Positions 17,487-26,478 of a DNA stretch of 64,000 bases are shown piece by piece. The DNA is from a virus (Duplodnaviria; Caudoviricetes). Numbering within the stretch: the stretch's first letter is position 1; each line of letters opens with the position of its first letter. The position numbers and the translations under genes are program-made. The stretch is taken from positions 1,796 through 65,795 of IMG/VR virus record IMGVR_UViG_3300042507_004311. The stretch is one strand, 5' to 3'. The notes below the pieces were generated by a model. The model was not told where the DNA came from, ran no database searches, and was given only the letters and a program-made list of their open reading frames with translations.

Positions 17487-19169
17487 TCAAAGAAACTTAT
17501 TAAACAATATTCTAAATGCGATTTCGGCGGTAGCAGGTACGACCCCATTACCTAGTAAAGCTATTTCATCCACGATACTTGTATAACTGTTGCACAATTC
17601 TTCATAGTCCAACCAATTGGCAAGCCCATGAGCATTTCTACCCATCTCGGATTCAACATTTCTCTGTAAGTCAAGAGGTTGATTTCTTCCTGTGTTCTCT
17701 CTGATTCCGGCTTGGCTAGTGCTTGTTCTCTCATCGTCCGTAGTTCCGTGAATGTGAGCGTGTTTGATCTCAATGCTTGCAGTGCTGTTGAGTCTTGTCC
17801 CTTCTTTCGATTCGACAACCTCTCTACCATTTCCGGCGTCCTCATTGCATCGTTGAAATCCCGTTTCTGTGGTGTTGCCCAAGTCATCGTTGATTTGTTG
17901 GTGTCTGATCTCAATGCTTGCATTGCTATTGAGTCTTGATGTCCCTTGTCTAAGCGATTCATCACTGCCTCGGGTGAATAACTCATGTGCTTGTGAGCCG
18001 CCTTGGTGGGAGTTGCCCAAGTCTTGATCTGTTCGTTCATCGCTTCTAAGTGCACTTGTCTTGAAATCTTCGAATCCGTCCGATCTATGCTTGCATGTTC
18101 CTTGATCGGTGTTGTCATGCTCGCATCTTTTGAATCGCTCTTTGTTGGGGTTGTCCAAGTCTTGATCTGTTCCGAAGTATTCCATTCGTTCATCGTGACT
18201 TGGTGGGCTAATTGCATTTGTTTCTTGTCTTTTCGATCCCCCGAATCGGTCATCTTCAATTGTCGATCTATAATTTGTGAGGGGGTCATCGTCATTTGTG
18301 TTTCGTTGGTGCTTGGTGTTGCCCAAGTCTTTTCTAAGAGTTCTAGGGGGTTCAAAGAATTGTTGCTCTCGATCTCTACCGCTAGGCGTGCAAATGCTTG
18401 AGGATTCGATTCTTTCAATGCTAAAAGTTGACTCAGTAATCTTTTGTAATAAGACGGTTGGGTCACTTGCCCCATTTGCCCCCTGATCATTGTGATTTGT
18501 TGATTCGCATAGACTAGCTCTGTCGCCGTTGAGTGGGCATGTGATGTCTTTACAACTGTCATGAAAGTACTCGGAAAACTCTTTAAGCCTAGAATTTGTA
18601 ATATCTGTTCTTTTTCCCAAGATAAAGACTCTTTGCCTAAGATGGGGAAGGCCTGTTTCTCTCGCTGAGAATATGCCCCAATGGCATTCGTAACCGATTC
18701 TTTCCAACTCTCTAATGACATGCAACAAAACCGGCGTATCTTTGGGGTCATTCCATTCTTCTGATTGGAGTTTTGAGCTGATGATTCCTCTAACATTTTC
18801 CAAGAGAACAAAGGCAGGTCTTGACTCAATGATTCCTTGCTTGATAAAGGGAAATAGGTGTCTTGGGTCTGTATCGCCGTTTCTTCGTCCGGCACTTGAA
18901 AAAGGTTGGCATGGGAAACCCCCAGAGAGGATATCCACGCAGCCACGAAACTCTTTGAATGGGAAAGTTTTAAGGTTCGACCAAATAGGAGCGGGCGGGA
19001 TGATTCCTTTTTCCATCTTGTCAATAAGGTTTTCGATTGCGTAAAGTTCGATCTCACAGTAAGCGATGGCGCGCAAACCTTTGATAACTCTTGCAAGTCC
19101 AAGATCAATGCCTCCGTATCCTGTACAAAGGGAGATATGATTAAATTTTTTGGTAGTATCCACATTCAT
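17487..19169 (-). CDS. dcm: C5-cytosine DNA methyltransferase, catalytic (alpha-like) polypeptide
   Basis: Motif I 'SLCTGYGG', IV 'GGFPCQPFS', VI 'LENV', VIII 'HLRQRVF', X 'LGNGVV'. Motif IX is absent from this frame. Confidence 0.92.
   Translation of the reverse strand: MNVDTTKKFNHISLCTGYGGIDLGLARVIKGLRAIAYCEIELYAIENLIDKMEKGIIPPAPIWSNLKTFPFKEFRGCVDILSGGFPCQPFSSAGRRNGDTDPRHLFPFIKQGIIESRPAFVLLENVRGIISSKLQSEEWNDPKDTPVLLHVIRELERIGYECHWGIFSARETGLPHLRQRVFILGKRTDITNSRLKEFSEYFHDSCKDITCPLNGDRASLCESTNHNDQGANGASDPTVLLQKITESTFSIERIESSSICTPSGRDREQQFFEPPRTLRKDLGNTKHQRNTNDDDPLTNYRSTIEDDRFGGSKRQETNAISPPSHDERMEYFGTDQDLDNPNKERFKRCEHDNTDQGTCKHRSDGFEDFKTSALRSDERTDQDLGNSHQGGSQAHELFTRGSDESLRQGTSRLNSNASIEIRHQQINDDLGNTTETGFQRCNEDAGNGREVVESKEGTRLNSTASIEIKHAHIHGTTDDERTSTSQAGIRENTGRNQPLDLQRNVESEMGRNAHGLANWLDYEELCNSYTSIVDEIALLGNGVVPATAEIAFRILFNKFL
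17561..19165 (-). CDS. C5-methyltransferase second (beta-like) polypeptide, nested in an alternative frame
   Basis: 534 stop-free codons inside the dcm ORF. Carries motif IX-like 'LNPRWVEMLMGLPIGWT' and four TW(A/T)TP repeats; ATG lies 4 nt from the alpha ATG. Confidence 0.85.
   Translation of the reverse strand: MWILPKNLIISPFVQDTEALILDLQELSKVCAPSLTVRSNFTQSKTLLTRWKKESSRPLLFGRTLKLSHSKSFVAAWISSLGVSHANLFQVPDEETAIQTQDTYFPLSSKESLSQDLPLFSWKMLEESSAQNSNQKNGMTPKIRRFCCMSLESWKESVTNAIGAYSQREKQAFPILGKESLSWEKEQILQILGLKSFPSTFMTVVKTSHAHSTATELVYANQQITMIRGQMGQVTQPSYYKRLLSQLLALKESNPQAFARLAVEIESNNSLNPLELLEKTWATPSTNETQMTMTPSQIIDRQLKMTDSGDRKDKKQMQLAHQVTMNEWNTSEQIKTWTTPTKSDSKDASMTTPIKEHASIDRTDSKISRQVHLEAMNEQIKTWATPTKAAHKHMSYSPEAVMNRLDKGHQDSIAMQALRSDTNKSTMTWATPQKRDFNDAMRTPEMVERLSNRKKGQDSTALQALRSNTLTFTELRTMREQALAKPESERTQEEINLLTYREMLNPRWVEMLMGLPIGWTMKNCATVIQVSWMK
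17874..18329 (-). repeat. Four degenerate repeat units in the dual-coding methyltransferase
   Basis: gttg(c/t)ccaagtc at 17874, 18012, 18150 and 18318 (spacings 138, 138, 168). Confidence 0.85.
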
Positions 19170-19234
19170 GCTTATCTTTCATGCTTGGTTGATTTGTAAA
19201 ACAGTATATAGGAATTATGTATAAGTATATAAAA

Positions 19235-19861
19235 TTAGATATATGAAATTTCTCTTTTTACTTGATCTAATGCTGAAGCAAGTTTGTCAAAATATGTATT
19301 CATGGCAATCGTATACACATCCAATTTTGAACAAATATCATGTGCAAGATCATCATGATCCACATCTACATCTACATATTTAGTAAAATCATCATGGCTC
19401 TCACCTTCGATTGATAGGCGATATGTATTCTTTTCAACAGATATAGACACAAGCATATAAGCCCGCCCGTCTTTGATCTTTAATACACGTTCTTGTGTAT
19501 CGCTATGGACTACAATTACTTCATAACCATGTTCTAAAGCATAGTTGATGATGTTTCTGCTGTCCGCTGTTTGCCATGGTTGTAAGCAGGGTTCAGATTG
19601 AATCTCTTTGTCAATAACAATATTATTGATTACTAATTGCCCTTGGGCGTCATTGCGATTCCAACGATTCAAATAGTCATTGAACTCGGACTTTTTGATA
19701 AAACATTCAGGTGCGCAACCATAATCATGGGAAATGATAAATTCGTATTTATCCCCATTTTCTTGCCATGAATAGATATCTAAACAAGCGGATAAACAAG
19801 ATAGAGCGCTGTGGCTTCTTTTCCTAGAGAGATTTGTTAGATCGAAGTTAAAAATTTTCAT
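19235..19861 (-). CDS. Hypothetical protein (first gene of the methyltransferase operon)
   Basis: 208-aa ORF with AAAGGA RBS and a consensus-like promoter. Confidence 0.75.
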   Translation of the reverse strand: MKIFNFDLTNLSRKRSHSALSCLSACLDIYSWQENGDKYEFIISHDYGCAPECFIKKSEFNDYLNRWNRNDAQGQLVINNIVIDKEIQSEPCLQPWQTADSRNIINYALEHGYEVIVVHSDTQERVLKIKDGRAYMLVSISVEKNTYRLSIEGESHDDFTKYVDVDVDHDDLAHDICSKLDVYTIAMNTYFDKLASALDQVKREISYI

Positions 19862-19877
19862 ATGAATCCTTTTTAGT

Positions 19878-19921
19878 GGTTAAGGTATAAGCATAGTAAT
19901 TCATGAATTTGTAATTGTCAA
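19878..19921 (-). promoter_or_regulatory. Sigma70-type promoter with ACCTTAACC leader
   Basis: Minus strand TTGACA-17-TACTAT-6-ACCTTAACC. Confidence 0.8.
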
Positions 19922-20000
19922 CAAATTTTACAAGTATTTATATTTTTATTTTGTCATTGAATTGCTTAGAGTATCTAAGAAACCATGAAAGGATTTAAAA

Positions 20001-20429
20001 ATGGATTTAAGAAACTTAGTAACAGAACAAGAAACAATCAAACCCCTAGTAAAAAGAGAACTTCCGTTAATTGTGACATACATAGACCCAGATGGCGAGC
20101 AGCATCAAGATACATTGATCTCAAAAGTGCCTGATGGTGATGGTAAATTGATGATTGATAGAAAGATGGCAATGCTTGCGGGTGGTGCGTGGGAAAATTT
20201 GAGTCCTATGGCAAAGCTAAGAATTGAAGCAATCGCAACTTTAAGCGTTCAATTGGTTTCCCCCCCTGATTGGGTTAACAAGTGGGCAGTGATTGACGAT
20301 GAACTTCTATTTGACTTAAGGGAGCAACTTGGCAAGCATGCTAATTTATACTTTCGCCCAAACGTTGGACAGGGTCAAGGAGCTAAGGAGGTCGCAAGGG
20401 TGGCGATTTATTCAAAAGAGCTTGCCTAG
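20001..20429 (+). CDS. Tail assembly chaperone (G-like)
   Basis: 142 aa, upstream of tape measure; overlapped by a downstream +1-frame ORF. Confidence 0.75.
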   Translation: MDLRNLVTEQETIKPLVKRELPLIVTYIDPDGEQHQDTLISKVPDGDGKLMIDRKMAMLAGGAWENLSPMAKLRIEAIATLSVQLVSPPDWVNKWAVIDDELLFDLREQLGKHANLYFRPNVGQGQGAKEVARVAIYSKELA

Positions 20430-20634
20430 TTCGTTTCCCAACTCACAGTTTAACCCCCTTTATTCGGTGCTTTCTGAAAATGATTACTTTGAAACATGGC
20501 TTTTATCCCTATCTGATGAAGATTATGATAAAATCCAACCAAGATACACAGTAAACCAAGATAAAACCATTAAGCATGAAAACCCAATTGACGATCAATG
20601 GGAAAAAGATTTTTGGGATAAAGAAAGGGGTTAA
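20329..20634 (+). CDS. Tail assembly chaperone extension (T-like; probably reached by +1 frameshift)
   Basis: +1 frame with no ATG start in the overlap, 101-nt overlap, candidate shift site TAC TTT CGC at 20349-20357; ends 2 nt before the tape measure ATG. Confidence 0.65.
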   Translation: MASMLIYTFAQTLDRVKELRRSQGWRFIQKSLPSSFPNSQFNPLYSVLSENDYFETWLLSLSDEDYDKIQPRYTVNQDKTIKHENPIDDQWEKDFWDKERG

Positions 20635-20636
20635 GT

Positions 20637-22595
20637 ATGACAAGCAAACGAGTTGAAATTATCCTTGATCTAAATGATCAAGAGGCAATGAACGCACTAA
20701 AAGCGTTTCAAGAGCAATTCAAAGAAACAGCACAGATTAAAGAAAAAAGTTCTAAGCAAGACGAACAAGCTATTAAACAACAACAAAGAGAACAAGAGAA
20801 ACTTGCTAAAGCTCAAGAGAAACAAGCACAAGCACAACAAAGAGAACAAGAGAAACTTGCACAAGCACAAGCAAAGCAAGTACAAGCACAAATTAGAGAA
20901 CAAGAGCGTCTTGCACAGGCACAAGCTAGAGAAAATCAAAAGATACTAGAGCAAAAGCAAAAAGAAGAACAAGTAAGAAAAGCAAATCAAGAGAAACAAT
21001 ATCAAGCACAACAAAAAGAAAATCAAAAGATATTAGAGCAAAGAGAAAAAGCAAAACAGCAAGAGCAAAAAGAATATGAAAAAAAGATACAACAAGAAAA
21101 AGCACAAAAAGAACAAATTGCACGACTAGAAGAATCTGAACGAAATAAGCAATTAAGGCATGAAGAAAAATTAAAATTTATGCAAGAGGCACAAGCAAAA
21201 GCCGAGGAAAAAGAGCGTCAAAAAGCCGAACAAAATGCGGACAAAGTTTTGAAGGCACAAGTACAAAAAGAAGAAGCCCTTTTGAACAAAAAAAAATTAG
21301 CATACACAAATTTTGGGGGTGCGCAAGTTCTAGCGGGTGCCGGGGCGGTCATGGGTTCGATTACAAGCACAGACGCAAGCGGGGTTATTAACGCCCTTAG
21401 TGGAGGAGCGGGGCAAGGGATTAATGCGCTTGGTGGTTTACTCAGTAATCTAGGTATGCAAAAGACGGGGTCAATTGTACAGACCGCCGGCGCATTAGTC
21501 CCAATCGTTGGGCAGGGGGTCGCTCAAGCAATTGGACAAGTTTATTCTAGGTTTACAGAGGTTGCACAATATGAATTGCCTAAAATGTTTGCCCGTTATC
21601 GTGTGGGGTCGGATTTCGTGGATAAAATACCTCAAAGAGGGGAGGCTTTCGGCTTTTCAATGATGGATTCTTTGAATAATATTAATGCGTATGCATCGGC
21701 GTATGGAAGTAGTACGGTTTTGAATAGTACAGGTATTAATAGACTATTTAAGGATATACGAAGCTCTGAAATGCTTGGTATCAATCCCATGGCAATCCCT
21801 CAATTTGCTTCTTTAGGTGGTATGGGTGGCGCAATGCAGAACGAAGAACAAATGGCGGGGATTGCTAGAGGCGTTTTACAATACGCAACTAGTAAAAATA
21901 TGCTAGGTTCACAAGCTGAAAAGTTATTAGGTGCTATTAATGCGGGGATTCAAGGGATGGCATCAAAAGGCTTGGCGGTAGATGCTCAATCACTAACTAG
22001 CTTTATTATTGGGGTATCAAATGCGGGGATTAAGTCGGTTCAAGGTGCGGGGGCTTTGCGAGCAGTACAAGGCATTGAGTCAATTGCGGGACAAGCTAAG
22101 GGGGGTTATTTAGGCAATTTCCAAGGTTTAGCAATGCAAGCCCTACAAGCTGAGGCTTCAAGTCGTAGCGATGGAACACCTTTAGGCATGATCAACATGC
22201 TAGAACAGTTTCAAGCTGATCCAAGACTAGCAACGCAAATCATTAAAAAGCGCTTAGGGTCGACAGTTTCCCGCCTTGCACTTGGTGGGGCGGGGTTATC
22301 ACAGGCACAAATTAGTGCATTATTTGGGGCGGGGGCGGGTGACATTGGTGGGACTTTTGATTTGACGGGGCAAATTGGGGATCAATTGGATGTGACAAAG
22401 AAACTTAATAACTTAGAACGCCAACGAGTAGAACGAAACTTTGATTTCTCACGCACACAAGAAGGCACTTCACAGCTTGAAACTTTGTTAAATATCCAAC
22501 AGAAACTTGAGATCATGATTGAAAGCGTGGGAACAAGTGATCTTGCTAGATCATTAACAAGTCTTGCAGATGCCATTTTAGATTATTTACGATAG
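20637..22595 (+). CDS. Tape measure protein
   Basis: Q/E/K-rich coiled-coil N-terminus, then Ala/Gly-rich helical region; position after chaperones. Confidence 0.8.
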   Translation: MTSKRVEIILDLNDQEAMNALKAFQEQFKETAQIKEKSSKQDEQAIKQQQREQEKLAKAQEKQAQAQQREQEKLAQAQAKQVQAQIREQERLAQAQARENQKILEQKQKEEQVRKANQEKQYQAQQKENQKILEQREKAKQQEQKEYEKKIQQEKAQKEQIARLEESERNKQLRHEEKLKFMQEAQAKAEEKERQKAEQNADKVLKAQVQKEEALLNKKKLAYTNFGGAQVLAGAGAVMGSITSTDASGVINALSGGAGQGINALGGLLSNLGMQKTGSIVQTAGALVPIVGQGVAQAIGQVYSRFTEVAQYELPKMFARYRVGSDFVDKIPQRGEAFGFSMMDSLNNINAYASAYGSSTVLNSTGINRLFKDIRSSEMLGINPMAIPQFASLGGMGGAMQNEEQMAGIARGVLQYATSKNMLGSQAEKLLGAINAGIQGMASKGLAVDAQSLTSFIIGVSNAGIKSVQGAGALRAVQGIESIAGQAKGGYLGNFQGLAMQALQAEASSRSDGTPLGMINMLEQFQADPRLATQIIKKRLGSTVSRLALGGAGLSQAQISALFGAGAGDIGGTFDLTGQIGDQLDVTKKLNNLERQRVERNFDFSRTQEGTSQLETLLNIQQKLEIMIESVGTSDLARSLTSLADAILDYLR

Positions 22596-22605
22596 GAACT
22601 AAGAA

Positions 22606-24174
22606 ATGATTAAATTTGAAATCAAATTAACACAATATAAACAAGATATCTACATCCAACCTAAGCAACTTGATACAAAAGATATTAGTGACTATGTCAC
22701 AGAAATCCAATACACCTATTCAATCAAAGCACCCTATGAACAAGCTACTTTACGGGCAAAAATGCCCTTCCCTGAAATGTATGCACAATTGGGGAAAACA
22801 GTAACCCCGCCTAATAGTGCTTTCTTAGATTTTATAACTATGTATGCGGATGGGTGGGCAACGATCTATGAACTAGATACCGAAGCAAATACAAGGCAAC
22901 TTAGATTTTTTGGCGTGGTTTCCTCTATAAATTCGGGGTTGGTTGCTGATCAAAATGGCTTAAAAAGTACCATTGATTTAACCATTAGTTTAAGTTCATG
23001 GATTTCTGTTTTACAAACACCTATTAAACTAATTTTATCAAGTTATTACACAGCCAAGGCGTTAACAATTAATAGCGGGGCATCTAGTGAACTTGCATAC
23101 TATGAGAAACTAGAGGCCATCTTAAAAAACTTCCTTGATCCAAAAGATGCAATTAAACAATGGTATTCTTTATTTTCTAGTTTTATGCCAGATACACAGA
23201 TTACAAATAAATCTTTGATGGATGTGATCTTTTTGACAAGAAACACCGATTTAAAGAAATATGGAGTATCTCAAAGAACCTTGACGGATATCGTTACTTT
23301 TAACTTTGATACCTTATTCCCCGCTTTAAACAATTCAATTCTTAGTGCTATGACTTCATCGTTTCAAGGTGAAATGGATTCAGTGATTGAATTATTTCCT
23401 AGCTATGAAGAAGTAACAACGAATGAGGGCGTCTTCTCTGATCAAGTGGAAACAGCCCCCCCAAAAAAACAAATACAACCTGTTCTTATTTATCGTTATA
23501 GACCATTACCAAGTAACTATCAACGCTCTGTATCCGCTATCAATGTTTCACTAAATGAGGGCGAAATTCAAAGTGAAACAAAAGTAAATGAACAAGGACA
23601 ATATGAAGTAGTGTACACACGAGAAGGCGGATCATTGAATTTTACATCTATCAAACCAGATACAAGAAAACCAATAGAGATTAACACAGTGAACAACTTA
23701 TCAATCTCTTGGAGTGCGGGGAATAGATTAAATTTGATCAATGTATCCACGCGAGCAAGTGGAGTAAATAACATTTTAGGCGTTACTACTGATTTCTATA
23801 TAGATGAAGAATCAATTAAAAAGTATGGCGTGTTTTCATATGAAGCCACTTATCCATTTTTCGGATCAACTAAAGAGAATGAGAAGATTAGAGATTTTGC
23901 CAATGAACTAACTACCTATGTGCGTTTATTGCTTGGGAGTGGTGAAACTTATGGCAACGCTCAATGTGTGTCATACTATGAACCCAAGATAAAACAGGGG
24001 GAATTTGTTCGTATTGGGGTTTCGTATGGCGTGACTAATGTAGACTATCCTAATGAGTATTACATTGGTTATTGTACACAAGTAACCCACAATCATAAAG
24101 CGTTACCAGATGGACGCATACAAAGAACATCAAGTTTCACATTAGACCGTCTACAAGTATATCAAGAGGCTTAG
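22606..24174 (+). CDS. Probable baseplate hub protein
   Basis: Position after tape measure; beta-rich, 'LRFFGVVSSI', 'SIKKYG', C-terminal 'YCTQVTHNH' as in gp27/gpD-like hubs. Confidence 0.6.
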   Translation: MIKFEIKLTQYKQDIYIQPKQLDTKDISDYVTEIQYTYSIKAPYEQATLRAKMPFPEMYAQLGKTVTPPNSAFLDFITMYADGWATIYELDTEANTRQLRFFGVVSSINSGLVADQNGLKSTIDLTISLSSWISVLQTPIKLILSSYYTAKALTINSGASSELAYYEKLEAILKNFLDPKDAIKQWYSLFSSFMPDTQITNKSLMDVIFLTRNTDLKKYGVSQRTLTDIVTFNFDTLFPALNNSILSAMTSSFQGEMDSVIELFPSYEEVTTNEGVFSDQVETAPPKKQIQPVLIYRYRPLPSNYQRSVSAINVSLNEGEIQSETKVNEQGQYEVVYTREGGSLNFTSIKPDTRKPIEINTVNNLSISWSAGNRLNLINVSTRASGVNNILGVTTDFYIDEESIKKYGVFSYEATYPFFGSTKENEKIRDFANELTTYVRLLLGSGETYGNAQCVSYYEPKIKQGEFVRIGVSYGVTNVDYPNEYYIGYCTQVTHNHKALPDGRIQRTSSFTLDRLQVYQEA

Positions 24175-24176
24175 AA

Positions 24177-24890
24177 ATGCTTAATATAAGAAAACCCGGT
24201 ACATGTACAGCAAGAGTACAAGGCCAACCTTTAAAGATCAATAATCAACCTGTTATAGGTACAACAGTTTTTAATGGTTCTGCATCAAAATACACGCCTA
24301 TCATGGGGCTTGGTGGTGGATCATCGTTTATCTATGCACCCCCAGCCGATCAATCTGATGCGTTCATAGAATACAATGATAAAATCTCAAGAGGCTTCTA
24401 TGTATCCTCTACAATTCCCAACGTGGAGGATTTAGAGGAAAAAACAAATGTAGCAAGTACCGATCAAACCTATGTAGCCTCTTTACAAGATGTTCTTATG
24501 AAACAGGGGGCTAATGTGATTTCTGTATCAAAAGATAACGGGGTTTGCTTAGATACCTCAAACAGTGATCAAACCATACGAATACAACTATCAAACGAGG
24601 GGAAATTAAGAATATCATCCAATGGGGTCAGTGATGACTTTGTACTAATTGCCAGTGATACAATGAACTATTTAACACAAGAAACCCAAAAGCATGTTTT
24701 ATTGATTAGTACGTTGTCTGCAATTATTCAAAGTATGCTTGCCACCCTTACCAATTTAGGCCCCGCACCTGTTACAGGTGGTATCTTGGCGGGATTGATT
24801 ACACCTATTCAAACTATTTTGAATAGTACAAATTTATCAAATCCACCTACAAGTATGGTATCATCTAAAATAAAGATACCAAGAGGATAA
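24177..24890 (+). CDS. Probable baseplate spike protein
   Basis: Synteny; OB-fold-like N-terminus 'GLGGGSSFIYAPP' followed by beta repeats. Confidence 0.5.
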   Translation: MLNIRKPGTCTARVQGQPLKINNQPVIGTTVFNGSASKYTPIMGLGGGSSFIYAPPADQSDAFIEYNDKISRGFYVSSTIPNVEDLEEKTNVASTDQTYVASLQDVLMKQGANVISVSKDNGVCLDTSNSDQTIRIQLSNEGKLRISSNGVSDDFVLIASDTMNYLTQETQKHVLLISTLSAIIQSMLATLTNLGPAPVTGGILAGLITPIQTILNSTNLSNPPTSMVSSKIKIPRG

Positions 24891-24899
24891 GGGGGTTTT

Positions 24900-26477
24900 A
24901 TGCCTAGTTCAATGCCTATGGGCGTTTCTGTACCTAAGACGGGGCGTCTAGGTACATTGTTCAAAGTACCTATTGATTACATACTTGAAACCAATCAAGG
25001 GGATATGATCACCCTACCGAATAAACCCACAATGTACATGCAATCAAGGCCAAGTGCTTCGCTTCTTACCTATACACTAAATTCTTATGTTAAAGAGAAT
25101 ATGCGGTATAGAAACACACATATCGAGTTGCGGGGGGCAAGTGGTTATATGGAACGAGCGGGGTATAATCGCAAAGGTGATGTGATCTTTCAAAATGGTT
25201 TGATTATCCTAGAAGAGTTTGATCATTGGCTTAATGAGTGGCAAAAGAACGCAAATAATAGAGATTACCTAGTATTTAGAAGTTTAAATGAGGGCTTTGC
25301 ATACAAAGTAAGCGTTGAGAAATTTGAATGGTCAAGAGATGCTGATCAATCTAAATTTTCATATCAATGGAGCTTATCACTACATGCGTACGATGACGCA
25401 CCAGAAAGCAAATTAACACCGATCTTTTCACCCATTACCGAAACAGTCAAGGCAATTACTGACCAATTAGATATAGCAAGCGCAAGCATTGCCATCTTAG
25501 ACAATGCTATTCAAAACACAAATAAAGAGGTTTCCCAAATTATACGGGGGCCAATTCAAGCCGTGAATCGTGTTGCTCTTGCAATTAGACAGGTTGCCAA
25601 TAGTGTTGATGGTATTCTTTTACAATTGCCTAGTTCTGTTTTATCCGATATTTTCAAAGTGGTTGGGAATGCAATTGAAGCCGTCCGCACTGTAAAAGGT
25701 ACAGTTCAAGGCGTCTTAGGTATAGATCAAACATTTGACCCCTATAAAGATCAAGTTGATGAATTACTGAGTGAAACGCAAGCTATGCAAAATTCAGTGA
25801 TTGAATTGGCGGGCGTAACAGGGGCGTTAATTGTACCAAGTGCAAATACACAAGCACAAATTGAATTAGTCCGTACAAATAATCAAGTTTCACTATTATA
25901 CACAATTAGACCCGGCGAAAGCATTAGAACCATTGCACAAAGACAATTGAACAATGAAGGGGCGCTAGGTATCATTTTAACGCTTAATAACCTAAGAGAT
26001 CAATACACTTATGCAAATGGTCGCCCTGTTCTTCCCGGTGATGAAATATTACTTCCTATCTTAGAGATTGGTAACGGTGGCAATTTTAAATTTAGACAAG
26101 ATGACTATTTTTACACTGATTTCTTATTGGGGGATGATGGTGATCTAAAAATCAAGGGCAATGATTTAATCTTAATAACTCAAGAAAATAATTTAGTTCA
26201 AGCAATCAAGAATCGAGTTCTCACAGAGAAAGGGAGTGCAAGAACCATGCTTGATTATGGCTTGCCCGTCTTGATTGGCGGTTCGGTGAATAATCGAACA
26301 AGCGCATTTTTAACTATGCACATCAAAGAACAGTTACTTAAAGACCCTAGAATCTCAAGCGTTGCACAAGTTCAAATACTAGTACAAGGCGATCAAATAG
26401 CTATTGAATGTAAAGTAACCAGTGTTCAAGGCGTTTCCCTTCCCCTAATCGTACCTATTAAAAGAGAGATAAACTAA
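24900..26477 (+). CDS. Fused baseplate protein: tube-initiator-like + LysM + gp25/W-like wedge
   Basis: LysM 'YTIRPGESIRTIAQRQL...LNNL...PGDEILLP'; C-terminal 'GDL...NLVQAIKNRVLTEKG...YG...LLKDPRISSV' is gp25-like. Confidence 0.75.
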   Translation: MPSSMPMGVSVPKTGRLGTLFKVPIDYILETNQGDMITLPNKPTMYMQSRPSASLLTYTLNSYVKENMRYRNTHIELRGASGYMERAGYNRKGDVIFQNGLIILEEFDHWLNEWQKNANNRDYLVFRSLNEGFAYKVSVEKFEWSRDADQSKFSYQWSLSLHAYDDAPESKLTPIFSPITETVKAITDQLDIASASIAILDNAIQNTNKEVSQIIRGPIQAVNRVALAIRQVANSVDGILLQLPSSVLSDIFKVVGNAIEAVRTVKGTVQGVLGIDQTFDPYKDQVDELLSETQAMQNSVIELAGVTGALIVPSANTQAQIELVRTNNQVSLLYTIRPGESIRTIAQRQLNNEGALGIILTLNNLRDQYTYANGRPVLPGDEILLPILEIGNGGNFKFRQDDYFYTDFLLGDDGDLKIKGNDLILITQENNLVQAIKNRVLTEKGSARTMLDYGLPVLIGGSVNNRTSAFLTMHIKEQLLKDPRISSVAQVQILVQGDQIAIECKVTSVQGVSLPLIVPIKREIN

Positions 26478-26478
26478 A

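Noticed and set aside
17679-19044. Plus-strand ORFs opposite the dual-frame methyltransferase (possible triple coding)
   Set aside because: Short and fragmented; expected by-product of codon constraints and higher GC in the dual-coding region.
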